From assembly GCA_963775425.1 (NCBI GenBank), contig CAVZJB010000003.1, forward strand, positions 608,001-672,000: a stretch of DNA of 64,000 nt, in the 5' to 3' direction. This document shows positions 53,986 through 64,000 of the stretch, one piece after another. The notes beneath the pieces were generated by a model. The model made no database searches and had not been told where the DNA came from. It saw nothing but the letters and a program-made list of their open reading frames with translations. Numbering within the stretch: position 1 is the first letter of the stretch; every line of letters starts with the position of its first letter. A program made the position numbers and the translations under genes. The stretch is from an uncultured delta proteobacterium. Its GTDB lineage: Bacteria; Myxococcota; UBA727; VGSZ01.

Positions 53986-56685
53986 ATGGGGAAGCTGCGC
54001 GTACATGAGCTGGCCAAGAAGCTCGGCCTGTCGAACCAGGAGCTGCTCGACAAGCTCAACAAGGCCGGCATGGCCGTGAAGACCCACTCGTCCACCGTCG
54101 ACGAGCAGGAGGCGATGAAGGCCCTCGGCGCTGACAAGCCGAAGACGCCTCCGCCGGAGACGCGCCCGCGCACCATGGTGCGTCGAGGCACGCCGCCGAC
54201 GCCGCCTGCGCCGGAGCCCGCTCCCGAGCCGGCTGCGGCCGAGCCGGCGCCTGCCGCCGCGGCCACGCCCGCCCCCGAGCCCGTCGCCGCGTCCGCTCCC
54301 GCCGCGTCCGCTGTCGTCGAGGCGGCCCCGGCCCCGGCGACGACCACGGCCGCTGCCACGGCCACGGCGACGGCCGCCGCCGCCCCGGCCCCGGCCCCGG
54401 CGAGCGCCACCGCGCAGCCCGCCGCCGACAAGGAGCCCGCCGCCGCGTCCCCGGCCGCGGCCACCCCGGCGGAGGCCGCGCCGGCCCCGAAGGGGGCGCC
54501 CGCCGCGCCCACCAACGTCGTGCGCGTCATCGACGCCGACGCGATCAAGGCGCGCCTCGCCGCCGAGAACCGCACCTTCGAGGTGCGCAAGCCCGGCGGC
54601 ATGCGTCCCGGCACCCGCGGGCCCATCCGCGAGATCCGTGTGATGAACGATCGCTTCGGCGGCGCGCCCACCATGGTGGATGTGTCGGCGGGCGCCGCTC
54701 GCCCGGGCGCGCGCAAGGACGGCCCCGACGATCGCGGCCGCCGCTCCCCCGGCGACCGCGGCGGCGGGCGCGACCTCTGGCTGAACCCCGGCAAGAAGCG
54801 CAAGTCGGGCAAGAAGGGCAAGGGCCCCGAGATCACGCAGGCGGCGCAGCACAAGCGCGTCGTGGAGATGGACGGTCTCATCTCGGTTGCGGACCTCGCG
54901 CACCAGATGGCCATCAAGAGCGGCCAGGTCATCCAGAAGCTGTTCTCGATGGGAATGATGGTCACCGTGAACCAGACCATCGACTTCGACACTGCGTCCA
55001 TCGTGGCGCAGGAGTTCGGCTTCGAGGTGAAGAACGTCGCGTTCGCGGAGACGGACCTCCTCGAGACGCAGGAGACCAAGGACGCCGGCGAGAAGCTCGA
55101 GGCGCGCGCGCCCGTCGTCACCGTCATGGGCCACGTCGACCACGGCAAGACGTCGCTGCTCGACGCCATCCGCGGCTCCGACGTCGTCGCGGGCGAGGCC
55201 GGCGGCATCACGCAGCACATCGGCGCCTACGCGGTGGAGACGCCCAAGGGCACCGTCACCTTCCTCGACACCCCCGGCCACGCCGCGTTCACCGCCATGC
55301 GCGCGCGCGGCGCCCAGGTCACGGACTTCGTCATCCTCGTCGTCGCCGCCGACGACGGCGTCATGCCTCAGACCATCGAGGCCATCCAGCACGCCAAGGC
55401 CGCCAAGGTCCCGATCATCGTGGCCATCAACAAGGCGGACAAGCCCGAGGCCAAGCCCGAGCGCGTCATGCAGCAGCTCACCGAGCACGGCCTCGTGCCC
55501 GAGGAGTGGGGCGGCGACGTGATGATGATCCCGGTGTCGGCGCGCAAGAACATGAACATCGACAAGCTCCTCGAGGCCACGCTGTTGCAGGCCGAGGTCG
55601 CCGAGCTCCGCGCGAGCCGGGACCGCCGCGCAGAGGGCACCATCATCGAGGCAGAGCTCGACAAGGGCCGCGGCCCCGTGGCCACCATCCTCGTGCAGAA
55701 CGGCACGCTCAACACCGGTGACTTCATCGTCGCCGGCGAGCACGCGGGCAAGGTGCGCGCGATGATGGATTCGCGCGGCGAGACGGTCACCGAGGCCGGG
55801 CCCTCCACCCCGGTTCAGGTGCTCGGCCTCAGCGGCGTGCCCTCCGCGGGTGACAAGCTCAACGCCGTCGCCGACGAAAAGACGGCGCGCACCGTGGCGG
55901 AGCACCGCCAGCAGAAGGCCCGCGAGGAGGCGCTCAAGCGCCAGAACTCGCCCATGTCCAACCTGCTCGACTTCATCGGTACCAAGGCGACCAACGAGGA
56001 GCACCACGAGCTCAACGTCATCGTCAAGGCCGACGTGGGCGGCTCGGCGGAGGCCATCTCGCAGCAGCTCGAGCGCCAGAGCACGAAGAAGGTGAAGGTC
56101 AACGTCGTGTCCTCGGGCGTCGGCACCATCACCGAGAGCGACGTCAACCTCGCGCTCACCTCCAAGGCCCTGGTCATCGGCTTCAACTCGAAGCCGGACC
56201 CCAAGGCCGCGGCGGTGGCGCAGCACGAGCGCGTCGAGATCCGCACCTTCAACATCATCTACGACGTCATCGACGACGTGAAGAAGGCCATGGCGCGCCT
56301 CCTCGCGCCCAAGATCGAGGAGAAGTACCTCGGCAAGGCGGAGGTGCGGCAGCTCTTCAACGTGCCCAAGCTCGGCGTCATCGCGGGCTCCTACGTCACC
56401 GACGGCAAGCTCGTCCGCACCGAGCGCGTCCGCGTGAAGCGCGCGACCCAGACGGTGTTCGAGGGCTCGCTCGCGTCGCTCAAGCGCTTCAAGGACGACG
56501 TCCGCGAAGTCGCTTCGGGCTACGAGTGCGGCATCGGCTTCGTGGGCTTCTCGGAGCTGCAGCCCGGCGACGTCGTGGAGTGCTTCGAGCTCGTGGAGGT
56601 CGCCGCCGACCTCGGCGAGTCGATCGCCGACGCCGAAAAGAGCGCCGCCGGGCAGAGCACGCCGTCCGCGGGCGCGCAGGCCTGA
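53986..56685 (+). CDS. infB: Translation initiation factor IF-2
   Basis: [38 protein letters not shown]. Confidence 0.98.
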   Translation: MGKLRVHELAKKLGLSNQELLDKLNKAGMAVKTHSSTVDEQEAMKALGADKPKTPPPETRPRTMVRRGTPPTPPAPEPAPEPAAAEPAPAAAATPAPEPVAASAPAASAVVEAAPAPATTTAAATATATAAAAPAPAPASATAQPAADKEPAAASPAAATPAEAAPAPKGAPAAPTNVVRVIDADAIKARLAAENRTFEVRKPGGMRPGTRGPIREIRVMNDRFGGAPTMVDVSAGAARPGARKDGPDDRGRRSPGDRGGGRDLWLNPGKKRKSGKKGKGPEITQAAQHKRVVEMDGLISVADLAHQMAIKSGQVIQKLFSMGMMVTVNQTIDFDTASIVAQEFGFEVKNVAFAETDLLETQETKDAGEKLEARAPVVTVMGHVDHGKTSLLDAIRGSDVVAGEAGGITQHIGAYAVETPKGTVTFLDTPGHAAFTAMRARGAQVTDFVILVVAADDGVMPQTIEAIQHAKAAKVPIIVAINKADKPEAKPERVMQQLTEHGLVPEEWGGDVMMIPVSARKNMNIDKLLEATLLQAEVAELRASRDRRAEGTIIEAELDKGRGPVATILVQNGTLNTGDFIVAGEHAGKVRAMMDSRGETVTEAGPSTPVQVLGLSGVPSAGDKLNAVADEKTARTVAEHRQQKAREEALKRQNSPMSNLLDFIGTKATNEEHHELNVIVKADVGGSAEAISQQLERQSTKKVKVNVVSSGVGTITESDVNLALTSKALVIGFNSKPDPKAAAVAQHERVEIRTFNIIYDVIDDVKKAMARLLAPKIEEKYLGKAEVRQLFNVPKLGVIAGSYVTDGKLVRTERVRVKRATQTVFEGSLASLKRFKDDVREVASGYECGIGFVGFSELQPGDVVECFELVEVAADLGESIADAEKSAAGQSTPSAGAQA

Positions 56686-56710
56686 GCGAGCGCTCCGCGC
56701 GCTCACCCAG

Positions 56711-57004
56711 GTGCTCGCCGTGATCGTCGCGACGCTCGAGCTCACGCTCACGTTCTATGCGGAGTCGCTGAAGGACAAGCGCAGCGTCGTGCGGCGCGTG
56801 CTCGCGCGCGTTCGCAACGAGTTCAACGTGTCCGCCGCCGAGGTCGACGAGCTCGACACCGTCGGCGGCGCCGTCCTGGGCTTCGCCTCGGTGGGCGCGG
56901 ACAAGCGCTATCTGGAAGGCCAGCTCACGGCGCTGGAGAGCTTCGTGGAGCGCCTGGAGCTCGCCGAGATCACGGACGCCCACCGCGACATCGTGCACGT
57001 TTGA
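56711..57004 (+). CDS. DUF503 (YlxP-like) protein
   Basis: SLKDKRSVV...FNVSAAEV; position between infB and rbfA. Confidence 0.88.
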   Translation: MLAVIVATLELTLTFYAESLKDKRSVVRRVLARVRNEFNVSAAEVDELDTVGGAVLGFASVGADKRYLEGQLTALESFVERLELAEITDAHRDIVHV

Positions 57005-57044
57005 CCTCGTCGACAGGCCGCTCGCGCTGCCCTAGACCGATGAC

Positions 57045-57401
57045 ATGTCGATCCGGACCGAGCGCGTAGGCGAGGAGATCAAGAAGGTGCTGTCGACGCG
57101 CATCCTGCGCGGGCTGCGGGACCCTTTGCCGGGGTTCGTCACGATCTCCCACGTCGACGTCACAAGCGACTTCACCCAGGCCAAGGTGTGGGTCAGCGTC
57201 ATCGGCACCGATGACGAAAAGAAGGGCGCGCTCGCCGTGCTGACGGACAACCGCGGCGCGCTCCGCAAGGAGGTCGGCCACAACATCCGCCTGCGCAACA
57301 CCCCCGAGCTGCGCTTCCTCCTCGACGAGGCGGGCGAGCGCGCCGCCCGCGTCTGGAAGATCCTCGAGGAGGAGAAGCAGAAGAGCGGTGGCAAGCTGTG
57401 A
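57045..57401 (+). CDS. rbfA: Ribosome-binding factor A
   Basis: [29 protein letters not shown]. Confidence 0.95.
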   Translation: MSIRTERVGEEIKKVLSTRILRGLRDPLPGFVTISHVDVTSDFTQAKVWVSVIGTDDEKKGALAVLTDNRGALRKEVGHNIRLRNTPELRFLLDEAGERAARVWKILEEEKQKSGGKL

Positions 57402-58855
57402 GCGACGCCACGCGCAAGCTGTTCGGCACCGACGGCATCCGCGGCACGGCCAACGCGTGGCCCATGACCATCGACATCGCGATGCGCCTCGGCCAGGCGC
57501 TGGCGTGGCAGGTGCGCGACAACAAGCTCGGCCGCTTCATGGGGCGCGCGCCCTCGGCGCGGCCACACCGCGGGCGCATCGTGCTCGGCAAGGACACCCG
57601 CGCCTCGGGCTACATGATCGAGCAGGCCATCGCGGCCGGCATCACCTCCGGCGGCGTCGACGTCATGCTCGTGGGGCCGCTGCCCACGCCGGGCATCGCG
57701 TTCATCGCCCAGTCCATGCGGGCGGACGCCGGCGTCGTCGTGTCGGCTTCGCACAACCCGTACGAGGACAACGGCATCAAGGTCTTCGACCACGACGGCT
57801 TCAAGCTCCCCGATGCCGCCGAGGCCGAGCTCGAGTCGCTCATCGCCGCCTTCGCGGCGCTCGGGGGCGCAACGGATTCCGCGCTCGAGCCGCACGCCGC
57901 CCTCGAGGCGCGCTTCGGGGGCCGGCGCGCCACCGGCGAGCAGGTCGGGCGCGCGGTCCGCATCGACGACGCGCGGGGGCGCTACGTCGTCGACGTGAAG
58001 TCCAGCTTCCCCAAGGACCTCACCCTCGAGGAGATGCGCATCGTCGTCGACTGCGCGCACGGCGCCGCCTACAAGAGCGCGCCCGAGGTGCTGCGCGAGC
58101 TCGGTGCCGAGGTCTTCGCGTACGGTGACAAGCCCAACGGCACCAACATCAACGCCGGCGTCGGCTCCACGCACCCCGAGCACGTGCAGCGCCTGGTCCT
58201 CGAGCACAAGGCCGACATCGGCATCGCCCTCGACGGCGACGCCGACCGCGTCATCGTCGTCGACGAGAAGGGCAACGTCGTCGACGGCGACGCCGTGATG
58301 GCGGTGTGCGCGCGGGAGCTCAAGCGGCGCGGCGAGCTCAAGGGCGACACCCTCGTCGCCACGGTGATGTCCAACATCGGGCTTGAGCGCTGCCTCAAGA
58401 GCGTGGGCGTGCAGGTCGAGCGCGTGCAGGTCGGCGACCGCTACGTCGTCGAGCGCATGCGCGAGGGCGGCTTCAACCTTGGCGGCGAGCAGTCGGGGCA
58501 CGTCATCTTCCTCGACCACACCACCACCGGCGACGGCACCGTGGCCGCCCTCTCGCTGCTGGCGGTGATGCGCCGAGAGGGGCGCCCGGTCTCCGAGATC
58601 ACGCGCTTCTTCGCGCCGTCGCCGCAGGAGCTCGTGAACGTGAAGGTCGGCCGCAAGGTTCCCCTCGACGAGCTCCCCGCGGTCACGCAGGCCATCCGGA
58701 GCGTCGAGGCGGTCCTCGGGAGCGAAGGCCGCGTTCTCGTTCGCTACTCCGGCACCGAGATGAAGGCCCGCGTCATGGTGGAGGGCCCCGACGCCGGCGC
58801 CGTCTCCACGCACGCCCGCTCCATCGCCGACGCCCTCGTCCGCGCCCTCGGCTGA
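57398..58855 (+). CDS. glmM: Phosphoglucosamine mutase
   Basis: [41 protein letters not shown]. Confidence 0.96.
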   Translation: MSDATRKLFGTDGIRGTANAWPMTIDIAMRLGQALAWQVRDNKLGRFMGRAPSARPHRGRIVLGKDTRASGYMIEQAIAAGITSGGVDVMLVGPLPTPGIAFIAQSMRADAGVVVSASHNPYEDNGIKVFDHDGFKLPDAAEAELESLIAAFAALGGATDSALEPHAALEARFGGRRATGEQVGRAVRIDDARGRYVVDVKSSFPKDLTLEEMRIVVDCAHGAAYKSAPEVLRELGAEVFAYGDKPNGTNINAGVGSTHPEHVQRLVLEHKADIGIALDGDADRVIVVDEKGNVVDGDAVMAVCARELKRRGELKGDTLVATVMSNIGLERCLKSVGVQVERVQVGDRYVVERMREGGFNLGGEQSGHVIFLDHTTTGDGTVAALSLLAVMRREGRPVSEITRFFAPSPQELVNVKVGRKVPLDELPAVTQAIRSVEAVLGSEGRVLVRYSGTEMKARVMVEGPDAGAVSTHARSIADALVRALG

Positions 58856-58952
58856 GCCACAACGGCGGCGTGGGCCCGCGAGGCCACCGTCGTCACACGC
58901 CGGGGCAATCCAGCCCGTTTACGGGAGGGAACCGAGCGGCTACCTGCCTCGT

Positions 58953-60041
58953 ATGGACGCTATGAGCACGCGCGCGGTCGTTTGTAAGCCCGCCGTGGTT
59001 CTGCCCGACAACGTCTTCACCAGGGAGATGCTCAAGGACACGGCCAGGAAGGTCCTCGAGGGGCACCCGCACCTGCCGCGCGTGCTGCGCATCATCGAGA
59101 ACACGGGCATCGAGACGCGCCACCTGGTGCGCCCCATCGAGGAGACCGTGACACCCTCGGGCTTCGGCACCCGCAACGACGTGTTCATCGCGGAGAGCAA
59201 GCGGCTCGGTGAGCGCGCGGCGCAGGAGGCGCTCGACAACGCCGGCCTCGCGGCGGGCGACATCGACCTCATCATCACCACCTCGTGCACCGGCGTGATG
59301 ATTCCGTCGCTCGACGCGCACCTCGTGGCCACCATGGACTTCTCGCCGCGCACGCGCCGGCTGCCCATCACGGAGCTCGGCTGCGCCGCGGGCACGGTGG
59401 CGATGTCGCGGGCCCGCGAGCTCATCGCCGGGGGCATCGCCAAGAACGTGCTCGTGGTGAGCCACGAGCTGTGCTCGCTCACCTACCAGCGCGAAGACCT
59501 CACCATGCAGGCGCTCGTCGGGGGCCTCCTGTTCGGCGACGGCGTGACGGCCGCCGTGATCACCGGCGACGACGGCGCGCGCACCGGGCTCCAGCTCGAC
59601 GCCAACGAGTCGTTCCTCTTCGAGGGGAGTTGGGGCTACATGGGCTTCGACATCCGCGACAGCGGCATGCACCTCATCCTCGACAAGGGCATCCCCGGCG
59701 CCGTCGAGCGGCAGATCGCGCCGGTGCTGCTCGGCTTCCTCGACGGACAGCACTTCGACAAGGACGACGTCGACTTCTTCTGCCTGCACCCCGGCGGCAA
59801 GAAGGTCATCGACGAGATCTCGCGCGTGTTCGAGCTCGACGACGAAGACACCCGCGCCAGCCGCGACTGCCTCGCCGAGGTCGGCAACCTCTCGTCCGCG
59901 TCCATCCTCGTGGTGTTGCGCAACATCTTCGAGCGCTACACCCCCAAGCCGGGCGGCCGCGGCCTCGTCGTGGGCTTCGGCCCGGGCTTCTCCGCGGAGA
60001 TGCTCCTCACGACGTGGCGGGGGCCGGCCGCCGCGGGATGA
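58953..60041 (+). CDS. Type III polyketide synthase
   Basis: Cys-His-Asn triad in LGCAAG, HPGG, GNLSS; LFGDG; GFGPG. Confidence 0.95.
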   Translation: MDAMSTRAVVCKPAVVLPDNVFTREMLKDTARKVLEGHPHLPRVLRIIENTGIETRHLVRPIEETVTPSGFGTRNDVFIAESKRLGERAAQEALDNAGLAAGDIDLIITTSCTGVMIPSLDAHLVATMDFSPRTRRLPITELGCAAGTVAMSRARELIAGGIAKNVLVVSHELCSLTYQREDLTMQALVGGLLFGDGVTAAVITGDDGARTGLQLDANESFLFEGSWGYMGFDIRDSGMHLILDKGIPGAVERQIAPVLLGFLDGQHFDKDDVDFFCLHPGGKKVIDEISRVFELDDEDTRASRDCLAEVGNLSSASILVVLRNIFERYTPKPGGRGLVVGFGPGFSAEMLLTTWRGPAAAG

Positions 60042-60635
60042 TCCCCGCGGCGGACGCCGTGACGGGCGATCTCCGCGTTCCTCGCGCTCCTCGCCGTCGT
60101 CGGGGCCGCGCGCGTCGCCGAGCTCCTCGTGGCCCGGCGGCGCACGCAGGCCGCGCGTGCGCGCGGCGAGGCGCCTCAAGCGGAGCCGGTGTTCGCGTTG
60201 ATGGTGGTGCTGCACGTGCTCCCATTCGTCCTCGCGCCCGTGGAGGTCATCGCGCTCGACCGCCCGTTTCGCCCCGTGCTCTTCGCGGTGTGCGCGTTGG
60301 CGCTCGCCGGGCTCGGCGTGCTGCGCGTGTGGACGCTGCGGACGCTCGGTGCGCGCTGGAACGTGCGCATCGTGAAGCCCGACGCCGTGGTCGACGACGG
60401 CCCGTACCGCTTCATCCGTCATCCGAATTACGCGGTGGTGATCGGGGAGCTCTTCTTCCTGCCGCTGGCGCACGGCGCCTGGATCACGTGCCTCGTCGTC
60501 GGTGCGCTCAACGCCTGGGTGCTCTCCCGTCGCATCCCCGCCGAGGAGGAGGTCCTCCGTTCCCTCCCGGGCTACGCCGAGCGGATGGGAAAAAAGCCTC
60601 GGTTTCTGCCGATCCGTTGGCGTCGCAGTTTGTAA
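60038..60635 (+). CDS. ICMT-family (SrsB/BpsB-like) methyltransferase; apparent +1 frameshift near 60065
   Basis: ATGA overlap; removing one G at 60064-60066 gives VTAISAFLALL...RVAELLVARR; LGARWN, GPYRFIRHPNY, RIPAEE. Confidence 0.82.
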
Positions 60636-60871
60636 AAAGTTCGCGCCCGCTCGCACGAAAATGCAGTCCACGATGCCGCACGGCGCCATGGACCAAGCCG
60701 CGGTCGCGGGCGCGCACGGACCCAACCATGCGTCGACGCAAATTCGTCGTCGAGGTTGCAGTTCTTGCACAATCGTTCCCTCCTCCTGCGCTTGCCGCGT
60801 GGAGTGGACGCGCGCATACAGTCGAATCATCAAGCACGTCGTTGAAGGCGTGGAGCAAGGGGAAGTGATTC

Positions 60872-61513
60872 ATGGTGGTTTCCATTGCCAACAACAGCGG
60901 CCTCTCTACCCGAGCGCGGGGAGCGGCCACGCAGACCCGCATCCTCGAGAAGGCGGTCCACATCGCCTCCATCGAGGGGCTCGAGTCGATGAGCCTGGCG
61001 ACCCTCGCCAAGGCTACGTCGATGTCCAAGAGCGGTCTCTTCGCGCACTTCCGCAGCAAGGAGGCCTTGCAGATCGCGATCATCGACGAGGCGGAGCGCA
61101 TCTTCTCCGACGTCGTCGTGCGGCCGGCGCTTCAGGTGCAAAACGGCATCGAACGCGTCACGCGCCTCGTCGAGGGCTATGTCGAGTACTGCGCCCGCGG
61201 ACCGTTCCAGGGCGGCTGTTTCTTCGCGGCCGCTGCGCACGAGTTCGACGGGCGCCCGGGCCCGGTGCGCGATCGGGTCATCGGCTACTACGACACCTGG
61301 CACCGCCAGGTGCGGACCACCCTGCAGGAAGCCGCCCAGCGCGGCGACCTGCGCGAGGGGCTCGACGTCGACAGCTTCATCTTCGAGATGCAGGGCATCG
61401 GCCTGTCGGCGAACCTCGCCGCGCAGATCGGTTCCGGCGTCGAGCGCGCTCGCGAGGAAGGGCTCGCCGCCGCCCACGCGTTGGTGGAGCGCTCGTCGAA
61501 CTCGCGCAATTGA
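60872..61513 (+). CDS. TetR/AcrR family transcriptional regulator
   Basis: HTH LAKATSMSKSGLFAHFRSKE; GGCFF. Confidence 0.92.
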   Translation: MVVSIANNSGLSTRARGAATQTRILEKAVHIASIEGLESMSLATLAKATSMSKSGLFAHFRSKEALQIAIIDEAERIFSDVVVRPALQVQNGIERVTRLVEGYVEYCARGPFQGGCFFAAAAHEFDGRPGPVRDRVIGYYDTWHRQVRTTLQEAAQRGDLREGLDVDSFIFEMQGIGLSANLAAQIGSGVERAREEGLAAAHALVERSSNSRN

Positions 61514-61640
61514 GTTGTGCGGCGTCGCCTTGCGGCGCCACGACATTCCCGGCGGGGCCCCGCTGTCGATGAGACGACGGAGTGCCCCGCCGCGATTGTC
61601 TGCGCCGCGCGCCTGCTTCACTCTCAGAGTGATCTGGCCC

Positions 61641-62107
61641 GATGGACGAGCCACCCGGAAGGGGACGGTGCTACGGCCACACGGCGGAGCGGAAAGGAGC
61701 TCCGGCGGTGGCGACGTTGTCTAGCCTTCGCTGATTCCGAGCGCCCAAGCACTCGCAACTCACCGAGATTTGCGGCCCAGCTTGGCGTCGACACGCTCTA
61801 CGTACGGGGGCTAGCGAAGGTCGCCCTGATGGCAGCCGTGGCCTTCAACCTGCTGCAGAACCTCGCGAAGCTCACCGCCTGAAGTCCGCGCCGACGTCGC
61901 ATCGAGGCACGTCGGCGCGCACACGACCCGCACGAACCCGCCACGTGCGCTGATAGCGGGATCACAACACCGCTCGGACCCGCCGTTTCCTCACAACCTG
62001 CAGCGGTTCTTGCTCGCCGACGTGCCTCGCCACGTACTCCGCGCGGCGAGCCACCTTGTGGGCGGCTTCGCCGAGTGCTGCTACGAGCCTTTTTTTTCGT
62101 CAGCCTT
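61641..62107 (+). mobile_element. Internally deleted IS1182-family-like element (copy 2, inverted relative to copy 1)
   Basis: 107-bp and 60-bp segments identical to copy 1; transposase C-terminal relic YVRGLAKV...AFNLL; right end ttttcgtcagcctt; left boundary uncertain. Confidence 0.75.
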
Positions 62108-63313
62108 TCAGGGCCGAAGCGCTCGGCTGGGCGCCGGCGTCGCGCCCACGGCGAGCTTCGCGAAGTCGAGGGCGCCGAGGCTCGCGAGCGCGCGGGTGCC
62201 GTTGTTGACCCCGAGCAGCCTCGAGAAGAGCGCAGGCTCGCGGGCGAGGCGCGCGATGGCCCGCCGCGCGAAGCGCGGATGGCGGGCGAGCTCCACGAGC
62301 CCGAACGTCAACAGCGCGTGGTCGCGAAAGGCGTTCATGCGCTCGCGACGGTAGCGCGCGCGGCTCGCGGCGAGATCCGCGCCGCCGAGCGCCCCGGCGA
62401 CGACGTCCGCACACAACACCGCCGTCTTGAGCGCCAGGCTCATGCCCTCGCCGGTGATGGCGTCGACGTAGCCGGCGGCGTCGCCGACGAGGAAGGCGCG
62501 GCCGGCCGCGGGGGCCCGCGCGCGCACCCGCAGCGGCCCACAGGCGAGCGCCGGCCCCTCGGGCGTCGCCGGCGACAGCCGGTCCGCCACCGGCGCGCAC
62601 GCCGCGATCAAGGCGTGCAGGCGATCCTCGGGCCGCCCGGCGCCGTCGTGCAGCACGCTTCGCTCGCAGAGGGCGGCCACGCCCACGACGTCGACGGCGA
62701 CGGGCGTGACGTACAGCTCGTAGCCCCGCACGACGTTCACCTCGACGCGGTCGGGCAGGGGCGTCCCCGCGGGCAGGCGAAAGTGCCGCCGCAGCGCGTA
62801 GCGCGGCCGCCGCGGCGCTCCGCCGTCGAGCCCGAGCGCGTGCCGCACGGTGGAGCGCGGCCCGTCGGCGCCGACGAGGAAGCGCCCGCGCAGCGCGCGC
62901 CCATCGGCGAGCGTCACGCCGTCGTCGAGGACGCCGACGACGCGGCCGCGCAGGAGCGTCACGCCGGGTGCCGCGGCGGCGCGCTCGCGCACCAGGGCGT
63001 CGAGCAAGCGGCGACGCACCCCGCGGCCGACGGCGCCGCCCTCGAAGTCGCCGAGCGCCGTCACGCCGTGGCAGCGGTAGAGGATGCCCTTGAACGGCTG
63101 GCCGCCGCAGGCGTCGACGACGCCGCCGAGGCCCAACGACGCCAACAGCGATACGCCGTGCGGCAGGAGCCCCTCACCGCACGGTTTGTCGCGCGGGAAC
63201 TCCGCCTTGTCGACGACGACGCTCGTCATTCCGTGCTTGGACAGAGCGAGCGCGGTAGCCGCGCCGGCGAGGCCGCCGCCCGCGATGACGACGTCGGCGT
63301 CGAGGCCGCTCAC
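62108..63313 (-). CDS. FAD-dependent oxidoreductase/monooxygenase (geranylgeranyl reductase/SrsC-like)
   Basis: GGGLAG, PRDKPCGEG, GADG, GDAAGYVDAITGEG. Confidence 0.9.
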   Translation of the reverse strand: MSGLDADVVIAGGGLAGAATALALSKHGMTSVVVDKAEFPRDKPCGEGLLPHGVSLLASLGLGGVVDACGGQPFKGILYRCHGVTALGDFEGGAVGRGVRRRLLDALVRERAAAAPGVTLLRGRVVGVLDDGVTLADGRALRGRFLVGADGPRSTVRHALGLDGGAPRRPRYALRRHFRLPAGTPLPDRVEVNVVRGYELYVTPVAVDVVGVAALCERSVLHDGAGRPEDRLHALIAACAPVADRLSPATPEGPALACGPLRVRARAPAAGRAFLVGDAAGYVDAITGEGMSLALKTAVLCADVVAGALGGADLAASRARYRRERMNAFRDHALLTFGLVELARHPRFARRAIARLAREPALFSRLLGVNNGTRALASLGALDFAKLAVGATPAPSRALRP

Positions 63314-64000
63314 CGCTTGAGGAACTTGCCGAAACCGGTGGGCTTCTTGTCCGCCTCGATCTTGCGCTGCAGCGCCCGCATGCCCTTGGTGGCGCCCATG
63401 TGCCGCGGATCGATCTCGAGCACCTTCTTGAAGGCGATGTTCGCGGTGCGGTTGTCGCCGATCTCGAGCGCGATCCAGCCCTGGAATTCCTTGAGCGCGA
63501 GCGCGCCAGGCTGCGCCTTGTAGTGCCCTTCGAGCTCCCGGATGATGAGCTGCCCGGCGCCGGCGGCCTTCGAGTGCAGGAACCAGTGGCAGTACTTCTG
63601 GTAGCCGAGCACCTCGTCGTTCTTCGGCATCACCGGCACGACCTTGTCGAGCAGCGAGAGCGCGCCCGCGAGCTCGCCGCGGTCGACGAGCTGGCGCGCG
63701 CGGTTCATGTCGTTTTCGGCCTGGAAGATGAGCTCGAGGTCGGAGGAGGCGCCCTGCTCGTCGAACTGCATCTTGGCCTCGTACTCGCCTCGCTTCTTCT
63801 CGTCGGAGAGGGTGGCGTACGCGGTCTGGATGGTCTGAAAGATGTGGTCGAGCTTCTTCTGGGCGGTGCCGAGGTTCAGGCCGGCGAAGGCGTCGGTGTG
63901 GAATTCCTTCGCGAGCGCGAAGTACGCCTTCTTCACCGCGCCGACGTCGGCGCCGCGGTTGATGCCGAGCATGGTGAAGTAGTCCTTGCCCTCGAGGTCT
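63310..64000 (-). CDS. J-like domain + TPR protein, 5'-partial
   Basis: DYFTMLG...AYFALAKEFHTD...AYATLSDEKKRGEY; TPR-like C-terminus; frame runs off the window edge. Confidence 0.8.
   Translation of the reverse strand, partial: DLEGKDYFTMLGINRGADVGAVKKAYFALAKEFHTDAFAGLNLGTAQKKLDHIFQTIQTAYATLSDEKKRGEYEAKMQFDEQGASSDLELIFQAENDMNRARQLVDRGELAGALSLLDKVVPVMPKNDEVLGYQKYCHWFLHSKAAGAGQLIIRELEGHYKAQPGALALKEFQGWIALEIGDNRTANIAFKKVLEIDPRHMGATKGMRALQRKIEADKKPTGFGKFLKR

Noticed and set aside
54190-54510. Pro/Ala-rich stretch in IF-2 as a novel insertion
   Set aside because: Variable low-complexity N-terminal linkers are normal for IF-2
62030-62100. IS end hairpin as group II intron domain V/VI
   Set aside because: Lacks domain V geometry and any RT/maturase ORF; the flanking relics are IS1182-like

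Overview
Very GC-rich bacterial chromosome segment with Myxococcota (deltaproteobacterial) hallmarks: MYXO-CTERM-like tails, a TIGR02266-type PilZ protein, a Ser/Thr kinase and a vWA lipoprotein. It is mostly housekeeping genes (rnc, queG, mnmA, initiator tRNA-Met, tsaE, nnr, ffh, rimP-nusA-ylxR-infB-DUF503-rbfA-glmM) mixed with envelope, peptidase and redox genes. Most notable: (1) a translationally coupled vWA/MYXO-CTERM lipoprotein plus beta-barrel/TSP3/OmpA gene pair built like the traAB kin-recognition operon but with a different receptor domain; (2) a ~2 kb repeat-rich intergenic island (36.35-38.32 kb) holding a 36/28-bp minisatellite and an unannotated 39-aa micro-lipoprotein whose predicted mature form is C-PAAEGEGEGEGE; (3) one palindromic repeat family found both intergenically and expanded in frame inside a TPR gene; (4) two inverted, differently deleted IS1182-like relics with identical end segments ~20 kb apart; (5) an unannotated 48-aa acidic ORF divergent from rimP; (6) a zinc-finger ParA with an RHH partner; (7) a type III PKS/methyltransferase/flavoprotein set. 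Three genes carry +1 insertions in short homopolymers, probably sequencing errors. All calls come from reading motifs by eye; no searches were run.
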